This document shows, piece by piece, positions 53,400-63,370 of a stretch of 64,000 bases of DNA. The first letter of the stretch is position 1; every line of letters begins with the position of its first letter. The DNA lies in assembly GCA_963844035.1 (NCBI GenBank), contig CAWJMT010000002.1, positions 25,780 through 89,779 on the forward strand. Reading direction: 5' to 3'. Below the pieces are notes generated by a model, which did not search any database, was not told the DNA's origin, and saw nothing but the letters and a program-made list of their open reading frames with translations. The position numbers and the translations under genes are program-made. This DNA is from an uncultured Gemmatimonadales bacterium. Its GTDB lineage: Bacteria > Gemmatimonadota > Gemmatimonadetes > Gemmatimonadales > GWC2-71-9.

Positions 53400-54574
53400 A
53401 TGGGCCAGGCGATCTTGATTACCGACGGGACGGAGCGCTCCGCGTTGGCCACGGCTCGGGCTTTAGTGAGCAGCGGCTACCGTGTGCACGTGGCCGCACC
53501 GCGCCGATACTCGCTCGCCGCGGTGTCTCGAGGTGTGCACTGCTCAGTACTCGAGCAGACGCCGCACACGGATCCCGCAGGGTACGTCGCGGCCCTCGGC
53601 GGATTGGTCACCGCTCATGGGATCGATGTCTTGCTCCCGATGACCGATGCCAGCGTCGAAGCCGTTCTCGAGCACCGTCGCGCGCTCCCTCCTGACGGTC
53701 GCGCTCCCGTTCCCCGATCTTGCCCCTACCACCGGGCGTCGGACAAACTGCCGGTGCTGGAATTGGCGCGCGCCGCCGGCTTCATGGTGCCGGAGACGGT
53801 GGTGCTCGACTGCGCGGATCAGGGCGATCCCTGGCCGGACGGGCTGTTCCCGGCGGTGGTGAAACCGCATCGGTCGCGTGGTGGCCGTGGGCGGCGGCGC
53901 CGCCGCTGAGCGTGAGCTTCGTGCGACGACGCCGCCGAGTGCCGTCGGGCACTGGCGCGCTTGCCGCCGGCCGGCGTTCCCGTCTTGCTGCAGCACCGCG
54001 TGGCGGGGGTCGGGGAAGGGTTGTTCGCGCTGCGTTGGGAAGGCCGCACGGTGGCCCGCTTTGCGCACCGCCGCCTGCGCGAGAAGCCGCCCGCCGGCGG
54101 CGTGAGCGTGTATCGCGAGAGCATTGAGCCCGATCCCCGGCTGGTGAGTGCCGGCGAGCGGCTGCTCGACGCACTCGACTGGAACGGGGTGGCGATGATC
54201 GAGTGCAAACGCGACCCCGAGACCGGACGCCACATCATCATGGAAATCAATGGACGCTTCTGGGGCTCGGTGCAGCTGGCGATCGATGCCGGAATCAACT
54301 TTCCTGTTCTCCTGGTGGCGTGTGCCCTCGGCCAAACTCCGGCCCTCCCTGCCGGGACCGGGTACCGGGTCGGGATTCGCAGCCGGTGGTTCTGGGGCGA
54401 TGTCGACCATCTCTACCTGCGTCTCACACGCTCCGGAGCCGAGCTGCAGGTGCCCAACACTACGACTCGCGGCTGCGCGCGGTGCTGCGCTTCCTGACGA
54501 TTCACCCGGGACGCGATCGCTGTGAAGTGTGGCGCTGGGGTGACCCCGCGCCGTTCGTGGTGGAGACTCTTTGA
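53400..54574 (+). CDS. ATP-grasp domain protein; at least 2 frameshifts
   Basis: MGQAILITDGTERSALATARALVSSGYRVHV...; VLLQHRVAGVGEGLFAL...WNGVAMIECKRDPETGRHIIMEINGRFWGSVQLAIDAGINFP (ORF 53961..54497). Confidence 0.7.
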
Positions 54575-54731
54575 GCGACTGGCCTCTAGCCGCGTTTCCC
54601 CGCAGTGTGAAAAACACGGCCATCGGGTGGTTCGCGGTGTTCGATGGCAGGCGGCGGAGGAACAGGCTGGACAGCACCGGCTCGAGGGGCGAGAGGGGGA
54701 GGCGTAGCGGACCCGCGCCCATCGGAGCGAC

Positions 54732-55414
54732 TCACCCGCACGCGCCGCGTTCTCCCCAAAACTCCTGATGGACGAGGAGCCCAGCCTCAGGGAAACCGAG
54801 CAAGCGCTCCGCGAGCGCTCCGTCGTCGTAGTGGCGCTCAAAGAATACCGGCTCGGAACCGTGTTGCGCCCTCTCGTAGACCGCTGTCTCAACGAAGGTC
54901 TCTCGATATGCGGTGTCGTACGGCGTTGTGACGACTACCAGGCCGCCCGGTTTGACGACACGAAGCAGCTCTGCCATGGCGGTAGTATCTCCCGGTCGGG
55001 GATGTGCTCGAGGACGGACACCGAGAACGCCGCGTCAAAGGTTGCGTCCGCGTAGCTCAACCTGCGCCCGTCCTGCACCTCGGACCAAACCTTGCCGGGG
55101 CCGCGTCCTTCCCGTCCCTGAGCCCTCGCGCACCGACTGCTTAACGCGATGGCTTCGGGCAGAATATCCACTGCGGTGACCTCGCAGCCGCGACCTCGCG
55201 CCAAGATCACAGCAAGATCTTTGGGGCTTCCGAGGTCGAGAATGCGTGCGCGGTCCAAGCCAGCCAAGCGATTCCAGACGTCGGCAAACTCGGCGATCCG
55301 CCAGTAGCTGACCGGAAGGAGCAACCGTTTGATGCCAAGGATTGGCTCGCGGCGCAGGCACCCGGTACAGACACGCATGCCTGCGGCCCACATTGCCAAC
55401 CGTGCCGATGGCAT
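54732..55414 (-). CDS. class I SAM-dependent methyltransferase; one frameshift near 54960
   Basis: ILDLGSPKDLAVILARGRGCEVTAVDI (motif I-like), FDAAFSVSVLEHIPD, then ELLRVVKPGGLVVVTTP in ORF 54732..54977. Confidence 0.7.
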
Positions 55415-55415
55415 C

Positions 55416-57337
55416 TCAGCCACCTGTGACTGCATAGGGCGTTGACGGCGCCGTCTCAACGTACAGGCGATGCCAGGTCGAGAAGCACAGCAGCGCCCAG
55501 AGGATTCCCTCACGATTGCGCCGGCGCGTCATATGGTCGTCGAAGAGCCGGCCCACCGTGGTCGAGTCAAAATAGCCGAGTCGCTTGAGCCGGTCGGCTG
55601 ACAACTCGTCGCCGAGCACGTCCCGTAGCTCGTCACGCAGCCATGCCGACGTCGGCCCGACAAACCCCCTCTTGGGGGCGTGCAGGTGCTCGCGGGGCAG
55701 GCGATCACGCAGGGCGCGCTTGAGTAGTCGCTTGCTGCGCCACCACCCGATCTTGACGTGATCGGGAAGACCGAAGATGCGTTCGACCAAGACGTGGTCC
55801 ACGAGAGGCACTCGAACCTCGGTGGGTGCGCCATCGAGAGCCGATCGCTCAGGGCCAGGATGTCGTCCGGTTAGAACGTCTTGTCTGTAGTCCAGGTCAA
55901 TCCGGCTCGCAATCCAGTTCTCGCGGGCCCCTCGTGGTGCAACCGCTCGAATTGATCCTGGGCCGATGTTCCGTGGATTTGCTGGTCGACCGCCGCGCTA
56001 TCGAGGGTGGCCCGGTCGCGGTCGTCCAGACGGCTGATGAACGAGAAGAAACGATTGGCGGTGCCGTTCCGCCCCGGGCGTAGGAAGCGCTTGAGGCGAT
56101 CGACGCCAAGCCCGCCGCCCTGCGGCTCACGCAGCCGATTGGCGAGGGAACTGGCCATCCGTTGCACACCGTGCGGCAGGCGGGTGTAGTGCTGGCCGAG
56201 CAGGACGCCGATGTGGCGACGATAGCCCGCGAACAACTCGTCGCCGCCAATTCCCGTGAGCGCCACCTTGTAGGACGCGCCGACGGCTTGGGACAACACC
56301 CAGGTGGGGATCGCGGAATCGTCGGCGTGAGGCTCGTCCAGGGCCCGCACGATCGGCTCGAAGATGTTCCGGACATCGGGCCGGATGTCCACCACGGTCA
56401 ATTTCGCGCCCCAACGGGTCGCGAGCTGCCTCGCGAGACCGGTTTCGTCCGCTGCTGCCGCTCCCGATCCCAGATACCGTGCCGTGAACGCATGCGGCGT
56501 CTGGCCGAGGGCTGCCATGCTTGCGACCACTGCAGAGGAATCCACACCTCCCGAGAGAAACGCGGCGACCGGGACGTCGCTGACGAGGTGGGCTGCCACG
56601 GAGTCGTCGAGCCACTCGACGATCTGTCGTTCGACATCGGGCGGAGTGGCAATCTCGCTCGCCGGTAGGTCCCAGTAGCGCTCGACGGTGACTTCGCCCG
56701 TGGCGCGCCAGGTGAGCGAGTGACCGGGTTCGAGCTTTCGCACGTCCGTAAACGGGGTAGCGGGTGCCGGGATGTACCCGAGCTGGAAGAACGCGTTCAG
56801 CGCCTCCCAGTCCAGCGTCCGGTTGCTGAGACCCACGGCCAGTAGTGCCTTGAGCTCGGACGCGAACCCGAGCCCCCACGGCCCCGAAGTCACGTAGAGT
56901 GGTTTGATGCCGAAGCGGTCCCGCGCCAGGAACAGCGATCGCGCGCGGCTGTCCCAGATGGCAAAGGCAAACATCCCACGTAGCCGGTGAACGCAGGCCG
57001 CGCCGTCGTCCTCGTAGAGGTGCAGGACGGCTTCGGTGTCGCTGTTGGTCCGGAACTCGTGGCCGCGGGCGATCAACTCCCGCCGCAGCTCGCGGTAGTT
57101 GTAGATCTCGCCGTTGAATACGATGACCTTGGAGTTGTCTTCGTTGAAAATCGGCTGATGGCCACCGGCGAGATCGATGATGCTGAGGCGCCGCATGCCG
57201 AGCCCGACCCCATCGGCCACATGGATTCCCTCGTCGTCAGGACCCCGCCGCTGCAACGCCATACACATGTCGTGGACGGTGGCAGCGGCAACCGGGCGGC
57301 GCCGGTCGTGATGAACGATTCCTGCAATGCCACACAT
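55416..57337 (-). CDS. asnB: asparagine synthase (glutamine-hydrolysing), EPS/exosortase-locus-type amidotransferase; frameshifts near 55810-55900
   Basis: MCGIAGIV (Ntn Cys2), RRLSIIDL, FNGEIYNY, LSGGVDSSAVVA. The C-terminus is in ORF 55416..55811. Confidence 0.88.
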
Positions 57338-57549
57338 AGACCTGGGTCGGGTTAGGGAGGTCGCGCTGCCGCTCTAGGTGCAATAGTCGGACCACCTGTC
57401 GTGTTAGGCAGCGTTGTTCGGTGCTCTTGGAAGTGTTGCACCCGTGCCACAGTTCGGCTGACCGCTCGTCGTCGCGCAACGGAGTGAGACCCCGGGGGAG
57501 CTACATCGCACCGCAGGCCCCGGAATTGCTACCTGGGTGCCGGACGATC

Positions 57550-58677
57550 ATGATCATTCTTCACGTACTGGCCCCCGGCACGCGTTGGCGGCCTTGAGCG
57601 CGTGGTCCTGTCGCTGGCCACCGGCCAACGGGCGTCCGGGCACCGGGTGTGCGTTGCAGTCGTGCTCGACCCAGCGGGCTGCCGAGCACCCGTTCGTACG
57701 CTCGCTGCAGGGCAGGGATCTCGAGGTCGCACCGGTTCAGGTCGCCCCCAGGTCATATCTCGCCGAACGTGCGCGCAATCGCCGACCTGTGCGATCGCCT
57801 GCGTCCTGACGTTGTCCACACGCATGGATATCGCGCTGACGTGGTGGATGCGGGCGTCGCCCGGCGTCTGGGAGATCGCGACGGTGACGACGGTGCACGG
57901 CTTCACGGGTGGAGACTGGAAGAATCGCGTGTACGAGCGCCTGCAGCGGCGCGCGTTCAGGCGGTTCGACGCCGTCGTTGCCGTTTCGCATCCGTTGGGC
58001 GAGTCGCTGGCGCGCGGACGGGGTGCCGCGGACGCGTCTCCACGTCATCCAGAACGCCTGGGATGGTGCCGTGACCTTCCTCGACCGCCCGGCTGCGCGT
58101 CGTGCCCTCGGGGTTCCTGACGGCGGCCTCCGGATCGGGTGGGTGGGCCGCATGAGCCTGGAAAAGGGCCCCGATGTCATGCTTGAGGCGCTCGCGCTCC
58201 TCGGTGACGTTCCGGTATACCTGTCCATGCTCGGTGATGGGCAGGCGCGCGCCGGATTGGAGCGGCGTGGAGAGCTGCTCGGGGTCGCCGGACGGACCAC
58301 GTGGCACGGGACCGTCGCTGAGGCCGCTCGGCTGTATTCCGGCCTTTGACGTTTTTGTCCTGAGCTCGCGCACTGAGGGCACGCCGATGGCCCTGTTTGA
58401 AGCGATGGCCGCCGGCGTGCCCGTCGTGGCGACGGCCGTCGGCGGCGTGCCGCAGGTTGTCTCTCCCGCTGAGGCTCTGCTCGTCCCCAGCGAAGATCCA
58501 GCGAGCCTCGCGACGGCGATTCGGGACACGCTGCGGGATCCGGTGGCGGCGCGCGATCGCGCCGGCGCGGCGCGGCGGCGGCTCGAGCAAGGGTTCGCCG
58601 TCCAGCCGTGGCTCGAGCGCTACGAGACGCTGTACGGCGCCATCGGACGGCGCGGTGCGGCGCTCGCAGGCCGATGA
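57550..58677 (+). CDS. glycosyltransferase family 4; many frameshifts
   Basis: MIILHVLAPG / GGLERVVLSLATGQ / HTHGYRADVV / VSHPLGESLA / IGWVGRMSLEKGPDVMLEAL / FVLSSRTEGTPMALFEAMAAGVPVVATAVGGVP, spread over all three frames. Confidence 0.75.
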
Positions 58678-58689
58678 ACCACGCTCGCC

Positions 58690-59871
58690 GTGGCCGCGCT
58701 CGCGCTGGCGGTTGCCCTGGTCGTCTACGCGTATATCGGGTATCCGGGGCTGCTCAAGCTGGTGGCGTTGCTCCGGCCGAGGCGTCGCCCGACGAATGCG
58801 CCTGCCTCCTGGCCGGCCGTGAGCATCACGATCCCCGTGTACAACGAAGCCGCAACGATTGCTGCGACGCTACGCCGGACGTTGGAGATCGACTATCCCC
58901 CGGAGCGCCGCCAAATCGTGGTCGTGTCCGACGCCTCCACCGACGGTACCGACGAGATCGTTCGAGGGTTCGCCGACCGCGGCGTGGAGCTGTTGCGCGT
59001 GCCGGTGCGGGGCGGCAAGAGCGCCGCTGAAAACGCGGCGCTGCCCTTGTTGCGCGGCGAGATCATCGTGAATACCGACGCCTCGATCCATGTCCCTGCC
59101 CATGCGCTCCGGCCACTGATCGCTGCGTTCACGGATCCCACGGTTGGGCGTGGCCTCCGGCCGGGACGTGAGCGTCACCACGCTCGGCGACCAGAGCAAC
59201 CAGGGGGAGTCTGGGTATGTCGGGTACGAGATGTGGCTCCGCGACCTGGAAACGCGCGTGGACGGGATCGTCGGTGCGTCGGGATGCTTCTACGCGATTC
59301 GCGCCGACCTGCATCAGGTCCGCGTGCCCGACGGCCTGAGTCGCGACTTCGCGGCCGCCCTGGTCGTTCGAGAACATGGGCTTCGAGCGGTTTCGGTACC
59401 GGAAGCGATCTGCTTCGTTGCCCGCACCGCCTCGCTGCGCAACGAATTCCGGCGCAAGGTACGGACGATGACGCGGGGGATGCAAACCCTGATCTTCAAG
59501 CGTCGGCTGCTCAATCCCGCGCGCTTCGGCCTGTTCGCGTGGATGCTGTTCAGTCACAAGGTGTGCCGCTGGCTGGCGCCGTGGGCAGGGGTCGTGGCGC
59601 TGGTGGCTCTGGGGGCGCTCAGTATCACGGTGCCGTGGGCGCGCTGGCTGCTCGGAGGGGTGGCGGCGCTGGCGGTCGCTGGCGCCGTGGGTTGGCTCTG
59701 GCCCGCCGCGCGTGCCGTGCCCAGGGTGCGTGGCGATCCCGCGCCTATCTGATCAGCGGCAATGTCGCCGCTCTGCTCGCATCGATCGGGGCAGTGCGCG
59801 GGACCCGCCACGCCACGTGGGAGCCGACACGCCGCGACGTGGTCAGCGCTCGCCAGCCCGGGTCAGCCTGA
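58690..59871 (+). CDS. glycosyltransferase family 2 with C-terminal TM segments; at least 2 frameshifts
   Basis: VSITIPVYNEAATIAATL, IVVVSDASTDGTDEIV, GGKSAAENAAL, IVNTDASIH; then GASGCFYAIR...RTMTRGMQ in ORF 59144..59752. Confidence 0.8.
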   Translation: MAALALAVALVVYAYIGYPGLLKLVALLRPRRRPTNAPASWPAVSITIPVYNEAATIAATLRRTLEIDYPPERRQIVVVSDASTDGTDEIVRGFADRGVELLRVPVRGGKSAAENAALPLLRGEIIVNTDASIHVPAHALRPLIAAFTDPTVGRGLRPGRERHHARRPEQPGGVWVCRVRDVAPRPGNARGRDRRCVGMLLRDSRRPASGPRARRPESRLRGRPGRSRTWASSGFGTGSDLLRCPHRLAAQRIPAQGTDDDAGDANPDLQASAAQSRALRPVRVDAVQSQGVPLAGAVGRGRGAGGSGGAQYHGAVGALAARRGGGAGGRWRRGLALARRACRAQGAWRSRAYLISGNVAALLASIGAVRGTRHATWEPTRRDVVSARQPGSA

Positions 59872-59876
59872 CGCGA

Positions 59877-61383
59877 CTAGCCTCGCATCGCCACGAGATC
59901 GTACTTCCCGCTCGGCAGCCGTGGCAGGTCTTCCCGCACCTCGAACCGGGTGGGTTGCATGTAGCGCGGCAGCTCGAGGGTCGCATACGCCCGCAAGCGA
60001 TCGAGCGATCCACCCGCCGCCATCACGACGAACGCGAGGATCGCCTCACCGCGCTGCGCGTCGGGCTCGGAGGTGACCACACACTCAACGATCTCACCGG
60101 ACGCGGAGAGCACGTTGGCGATTTCGTCGGGACTCACGCGATAGCCCAGCGTCTTGATCATCCGGTCCCGGCGACCGACGAAATACAGGAAGCCCGCCTC
60201 GTCACGCTTCACCAGATCGCCGGAGAACACGACTCGCTCGCTGTCGGGAGTACCCGCCGGACGGAGCGGATTGGGGCGGAACGCCCGCGCAGTTGCTTCC
60301 GGGGCGTTCCAATATCCGAGCGTCACCGTGGGTCCGCGATGCACGAGCTCACCCACCTCTCCGGTGTTACAGGGCGTGAGGTCCTCGCGCAGCACGAGGA
60401 TCTCCGCGCCAGGGATCGCGCGGCCCATTGAGTCGGGATGGCGATCTACTTCCTCTGGCGGGAGGAAGGTGCTTCGCAAGACTTCGGTAAGGCCGTACAT
60501 GAGGAACAGCTTGGCGTCGGGCTGTGCCTCGCGCAGCTGGCGGACCGCCTTCACGGGCAGATGGCCGCCCGCGTTCGTCATTATGCGCAAGGACGGCAGT
60601 GGCTGCTGGCTGAACGATGCCAGAGTTCAAAAGCTGCGCCCAGAGTGGCGGCACCGCCGCGAGGACCGTGACCTGGTGTGTCCGGAGCGCGCTCACGACC
60701 TGAGCGATGAGCGGGGACCGTTCGACGACGAGCGTCGCACCGCTCCCCAGGGCGCACAGGACCTGGCTCATCCCGTACACGAAACTGAAGGGCAGAAGGC
60801 TCGCGATGCGGTCGTCCGCGGTGATCCCGAGGTAGCCGATCACGGTCTCCATGGCCGCGCGCAGGTTGCCGTGCGACACGGTGACACCCTTCGGCGCTCC
60901 GGTCGAGCCCGAGGTGTACGTGATCTGCGCCGGATCCATCGGGACTCGCGGCACGACCGCGAACGTCGCTGCTCGCGGCCACGTCGCGGATGTCGAGCAC
61001 GCGGCAGGCGATTTCGAGGGGCCGGGGTTGGCGCTCGAGCATGGTCGCGTGGGTGAGCAATGCCGTGGCGCCCGCATCCCCCAGCATGTGCTCGATCTGG
61101 CGGGGGCGCAGCGATTCGTTGATGACGATGGCGATGGCACCGGTTGCGAACACGCCGAAGAACGCAGCCACTGCGTCCGCGCTGCCATCGAGAAACAGCC
61201 CCACGCGGTCGCCCGGCCGCACGCCGGCGCTGGTCAACGCAGCCGCCACGCTGGCGGCCCGCGCGTGCAGGCCTCCATACGTGCATGCACCCGATCGATC
61301 GATCACCGCGATCCGGTCGGGGTGCGACGCCCCCCATGCCAGACCACGGCGGCGAGATTGGCCGGGGGCAATTCGTCGGTCAT
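59877..61383 (-). CDS. AMP-forming acyl-CoA ligase (adenylate-forming; exosortase-A-locus type); several frameshifts
   Basis: ITYTSGSTGAPKGVTVSH (AMP-binding motif), MYGLTE, GELVHRGPTVTLGYW, SGDLVKRDEAGFLYFVGRRDRMIKTLGYRVSPDEI, LPRLPSGKYD. Confidence 0.85.
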
Positions 61384-61530
61384 CGAGTGCCCGCGACGGT
61401 CGTGGAGGACGCAGCCCCCTGCCGTCCCGATGAGAGGTGTGTAATCTTCTTGCGCGCCACAACACCCAACGTGACGCACGGCGCGACGTGCTCGGGGCTG
61501 AGGCCTCATCCTTGCAGACGAGGTGTTGGA

Positions 61531-61800
61531 ATGAATGAGCAAGACATCGTGTCCCGGACGCGAGCATACATCCAGGAGTCGTTTCCCCAGATGCGCCCCG
61601 GTTTCGTTTTTGGCGATCGCGACCCGCTGTTCGCGAACGGCATCATCGACTCTCTGGGCGCCTTCGCCCTCGTCGCCTTCCTGTCGCGCGAGTTCGATAT
61701 CACCGTTGGCGATGACGAGATGACCGAGCAGAACATCGGTACGCTAGCCGATATCGCCCGCTACGTGCTCTCGAAGCGCGGCAGTCGCGGGCCAACGTAG
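61531..61800 (+). CDS. acyl carrier protein
   Basis: 89 aa: MNEQDIVSRTRAYIQESF...LFANGIIDSLGAFALVAFLSREFDI, with the DSL phosphopantetheine-attachment motif. Divergent from the ligase gene. Confidence 0.8.
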   Translation: MNEQDIVSRTRAYIQESFPQMRPGFVFGDRDPLFANGIIDSLGAFALVAFLSREFDITVGDDEMTEQNIGTLADIARYVLSKRGSRGPT

Positions 61801-62484
61801 ACCCGACTCGGGCTCGCCCGCTGGCGCGTTCGTACCCGCGCCGCAGCCGATCGATAGCGGACCCGGTGGAGCAATGGTCCTTCGGCCGTCGTCACGGCGC
61901 AGGCACAGATCGGCCGGCAGCAGTGTCGAGGCGTCATCATACAGGCGCCGTCCTGCCACCCAGTCAAACGGCATATCGGGGGCGAGGCCGCGCAACGCCA
62001 GCATCGCCCCGGCCAGTGTCGTCACCGCCGGGTCGGTTGCGGCGGCCTCGCAGGACATACTGTCAAGCCGCGTTGCGACGCGCTCGAACTGCGAAAGATA
62101 TTCGAGCCCTTCCCCCACGCAGGATGCGAAAGCCTGGCCTGCGGCAAGGCCGACGCCGGACACACTCGCCAGACCTCCGCGCCACCACGGTGTGATGCAG
62201 GCAGGATCGACTTCGGCGCCGAAGCTAGTACTGGGCGCGTCGGGTGCCTTGATTTGAAGTATGCGCGCGAAGCGTGACGCGCCGCGCAGCAGATGCGCAA
62301 GCTGGAATGATCCGGAGGCCGGTGCGTGAGGCGTCGGCAACTCCGCCGACAGCATCCGCAGCAACTCGACCGCCAGGGTTTCGTCGGGTGGGGCCCGTCC
62401 CAACAGGAAGTCGGCAGCCGTGGCCATCTGCAGTCGCAGCCCGGCCATCTCCGGATAGGGATCGGTCGTCGCGCGAAACGACAT
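61744..62484 (-). CDS. YcaO-like family protein, N-terminal portion only (truncated, or frameshifted into the ACP gene)
   Basis: SGVGLAAGQAFASCVGEGLEYLSQFE fits the YcaO G.G.....A..S..GE..E..S motif. ...LSIGCGAGTN...ALREHVAGD fits the S.G.A.G/ERDA region. The stop at 61744 lies inside the 3-prime end of the convergent ACP gene. Confidence 0.45.
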   Translation of the reverse strand: MSFRATTDPYPEMAGLRLQMATAADFLLGRAPPDETLAVELLRMLSAELPTPHAPASGSFQLAHLLRGASRFARILQIKAPDAPSTSFGAEVDPACITPWWRGGLASVSGVGLAAGQAFASCVGEGLEYLSQFERVATRLDSMSCEAAATDPAVTTLAGAMLALRGLAPDMPFDWVAGRRLYDDASTLLPADLCLRRDDGRRTIAPPGPLSIGCGAGTNAPAGEPESGLRWPATAALREHVAGDIG

Positions 62485-62570
62485 CGGCTGCCTTCATCGT
62501 CTCCATCGCTATCCTTCCATATTTCATTGTCCGATGCGACGGCCGCGGCGGGGGGCAGATCACGCTGGGC

Positions 62571-63224
62571 TCACGCGGTCACCCTCAATATTCCATAGAT
62601 CGCTGCAGGGATCGATTGCATGGTGGCTGCCGACACGACTGTTGCACGGAGCATGGGTTTCGTGGTTGCGATAAAGGCGAGTCTCGCCGACTGCCCCGTG
62701 CGGAGAGCCGTCTCGCACTGCGCGACAGCCTGACGAATGGCTGGTCGTATCGTGCTGGGGCGCCGGAGGCGAGTTCCTGACGATCTCCCATACCGGACGA
62801 CGCTGCGAGGGCAACGAGCCCGTTTCCGCCCGACTTGCAGCCGACATCCACCTACCTTGGGCTTCTGCTGTCGGGTGCGGATTTCGACGACGATCGTGCG
62901 GCTGCCCACGAAAGCCGGTATCTGATCGTGCGTCGCTGCCCGGAGGCCGTTGCGGTAGCCGGTATATTCCTTCCCGGCGACGGTTATGCCATCGTGTCTA
63001 TCGTTGGTACGGATGTAACCATGCAGGCCGGCGGCCGCCTGGCACACAGCCGTGGCGTGCGACGCGGGCGTGAGGTCCGCCGCGATGTCCCCGACCCGGC
63101 ACCCGATGCCGCCGCCGCAACCGCTTGGCATATCAGCGGCACGCGACATCCCTGGATTGGCGAGTTCTTCGCGCAGCGGCCTCTTCTCACCGTCGACCGC
63201 GGCGATGCATCTGCCGGCTAGCAC
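62571..63224 (-). CDS. hypothetical protein with Cys/Gly-rich N-terminal motif (start possibly 63149; central part probably frameshifted)
   Basis: ORF 62571..63224: MSRAADMPSGCGGGIGCRVGDIAADL...GITVAGKEYTGYRNGLRAATHDQIPAFVGSRTIVVEI... and a plausible C-terminus (AIRQAVAQCETALRTGQSARLAFIATTKPMLRA). I cannot assign a family. Confidence 0.35.
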   Translation of the reverse strand: MLAGRCIAAVDGEKRPLREELANPGMSRAADMPSGCGGGIGCRVGDIAADLTPASHATAVCQAAAGLHGYIRTNDRHDGITVAGKEYTGYRNGLRAATHDQIPAFVGSRTIVVEIRTRQQKPKVGGCRLQVGRKRARCPRSVVRYGRSSGTRLRRPSTIRPAIRQAVAQCETALRTGQSARLAFIATTKPMLRATVVSAATMQSIPAAIYGILRVTA

Positions 63225-63370
63225 GGTTTAGTTGCCCCGATATCGAATCCTGTGGCGCTGCACGCTCCGGTTTAAGTCGCTTCGATGGCGGAACCTCAAA
63301 TGTTCGGCTGACGATAGGATAACGGCATCGCTGATAGAGCACTGCTGTAACCCAATCGGAGGGGGCACAG

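Noticed and set aside
63225-63370. Possible Crp/Fnr box (TTGCCCCGATATCGAA) in the divergent intergenic region
   Set aside because: It is only a loose match to TTGAT-N4-ATCAA, with both half-sites degenerate. That is not enough to call a binding site.
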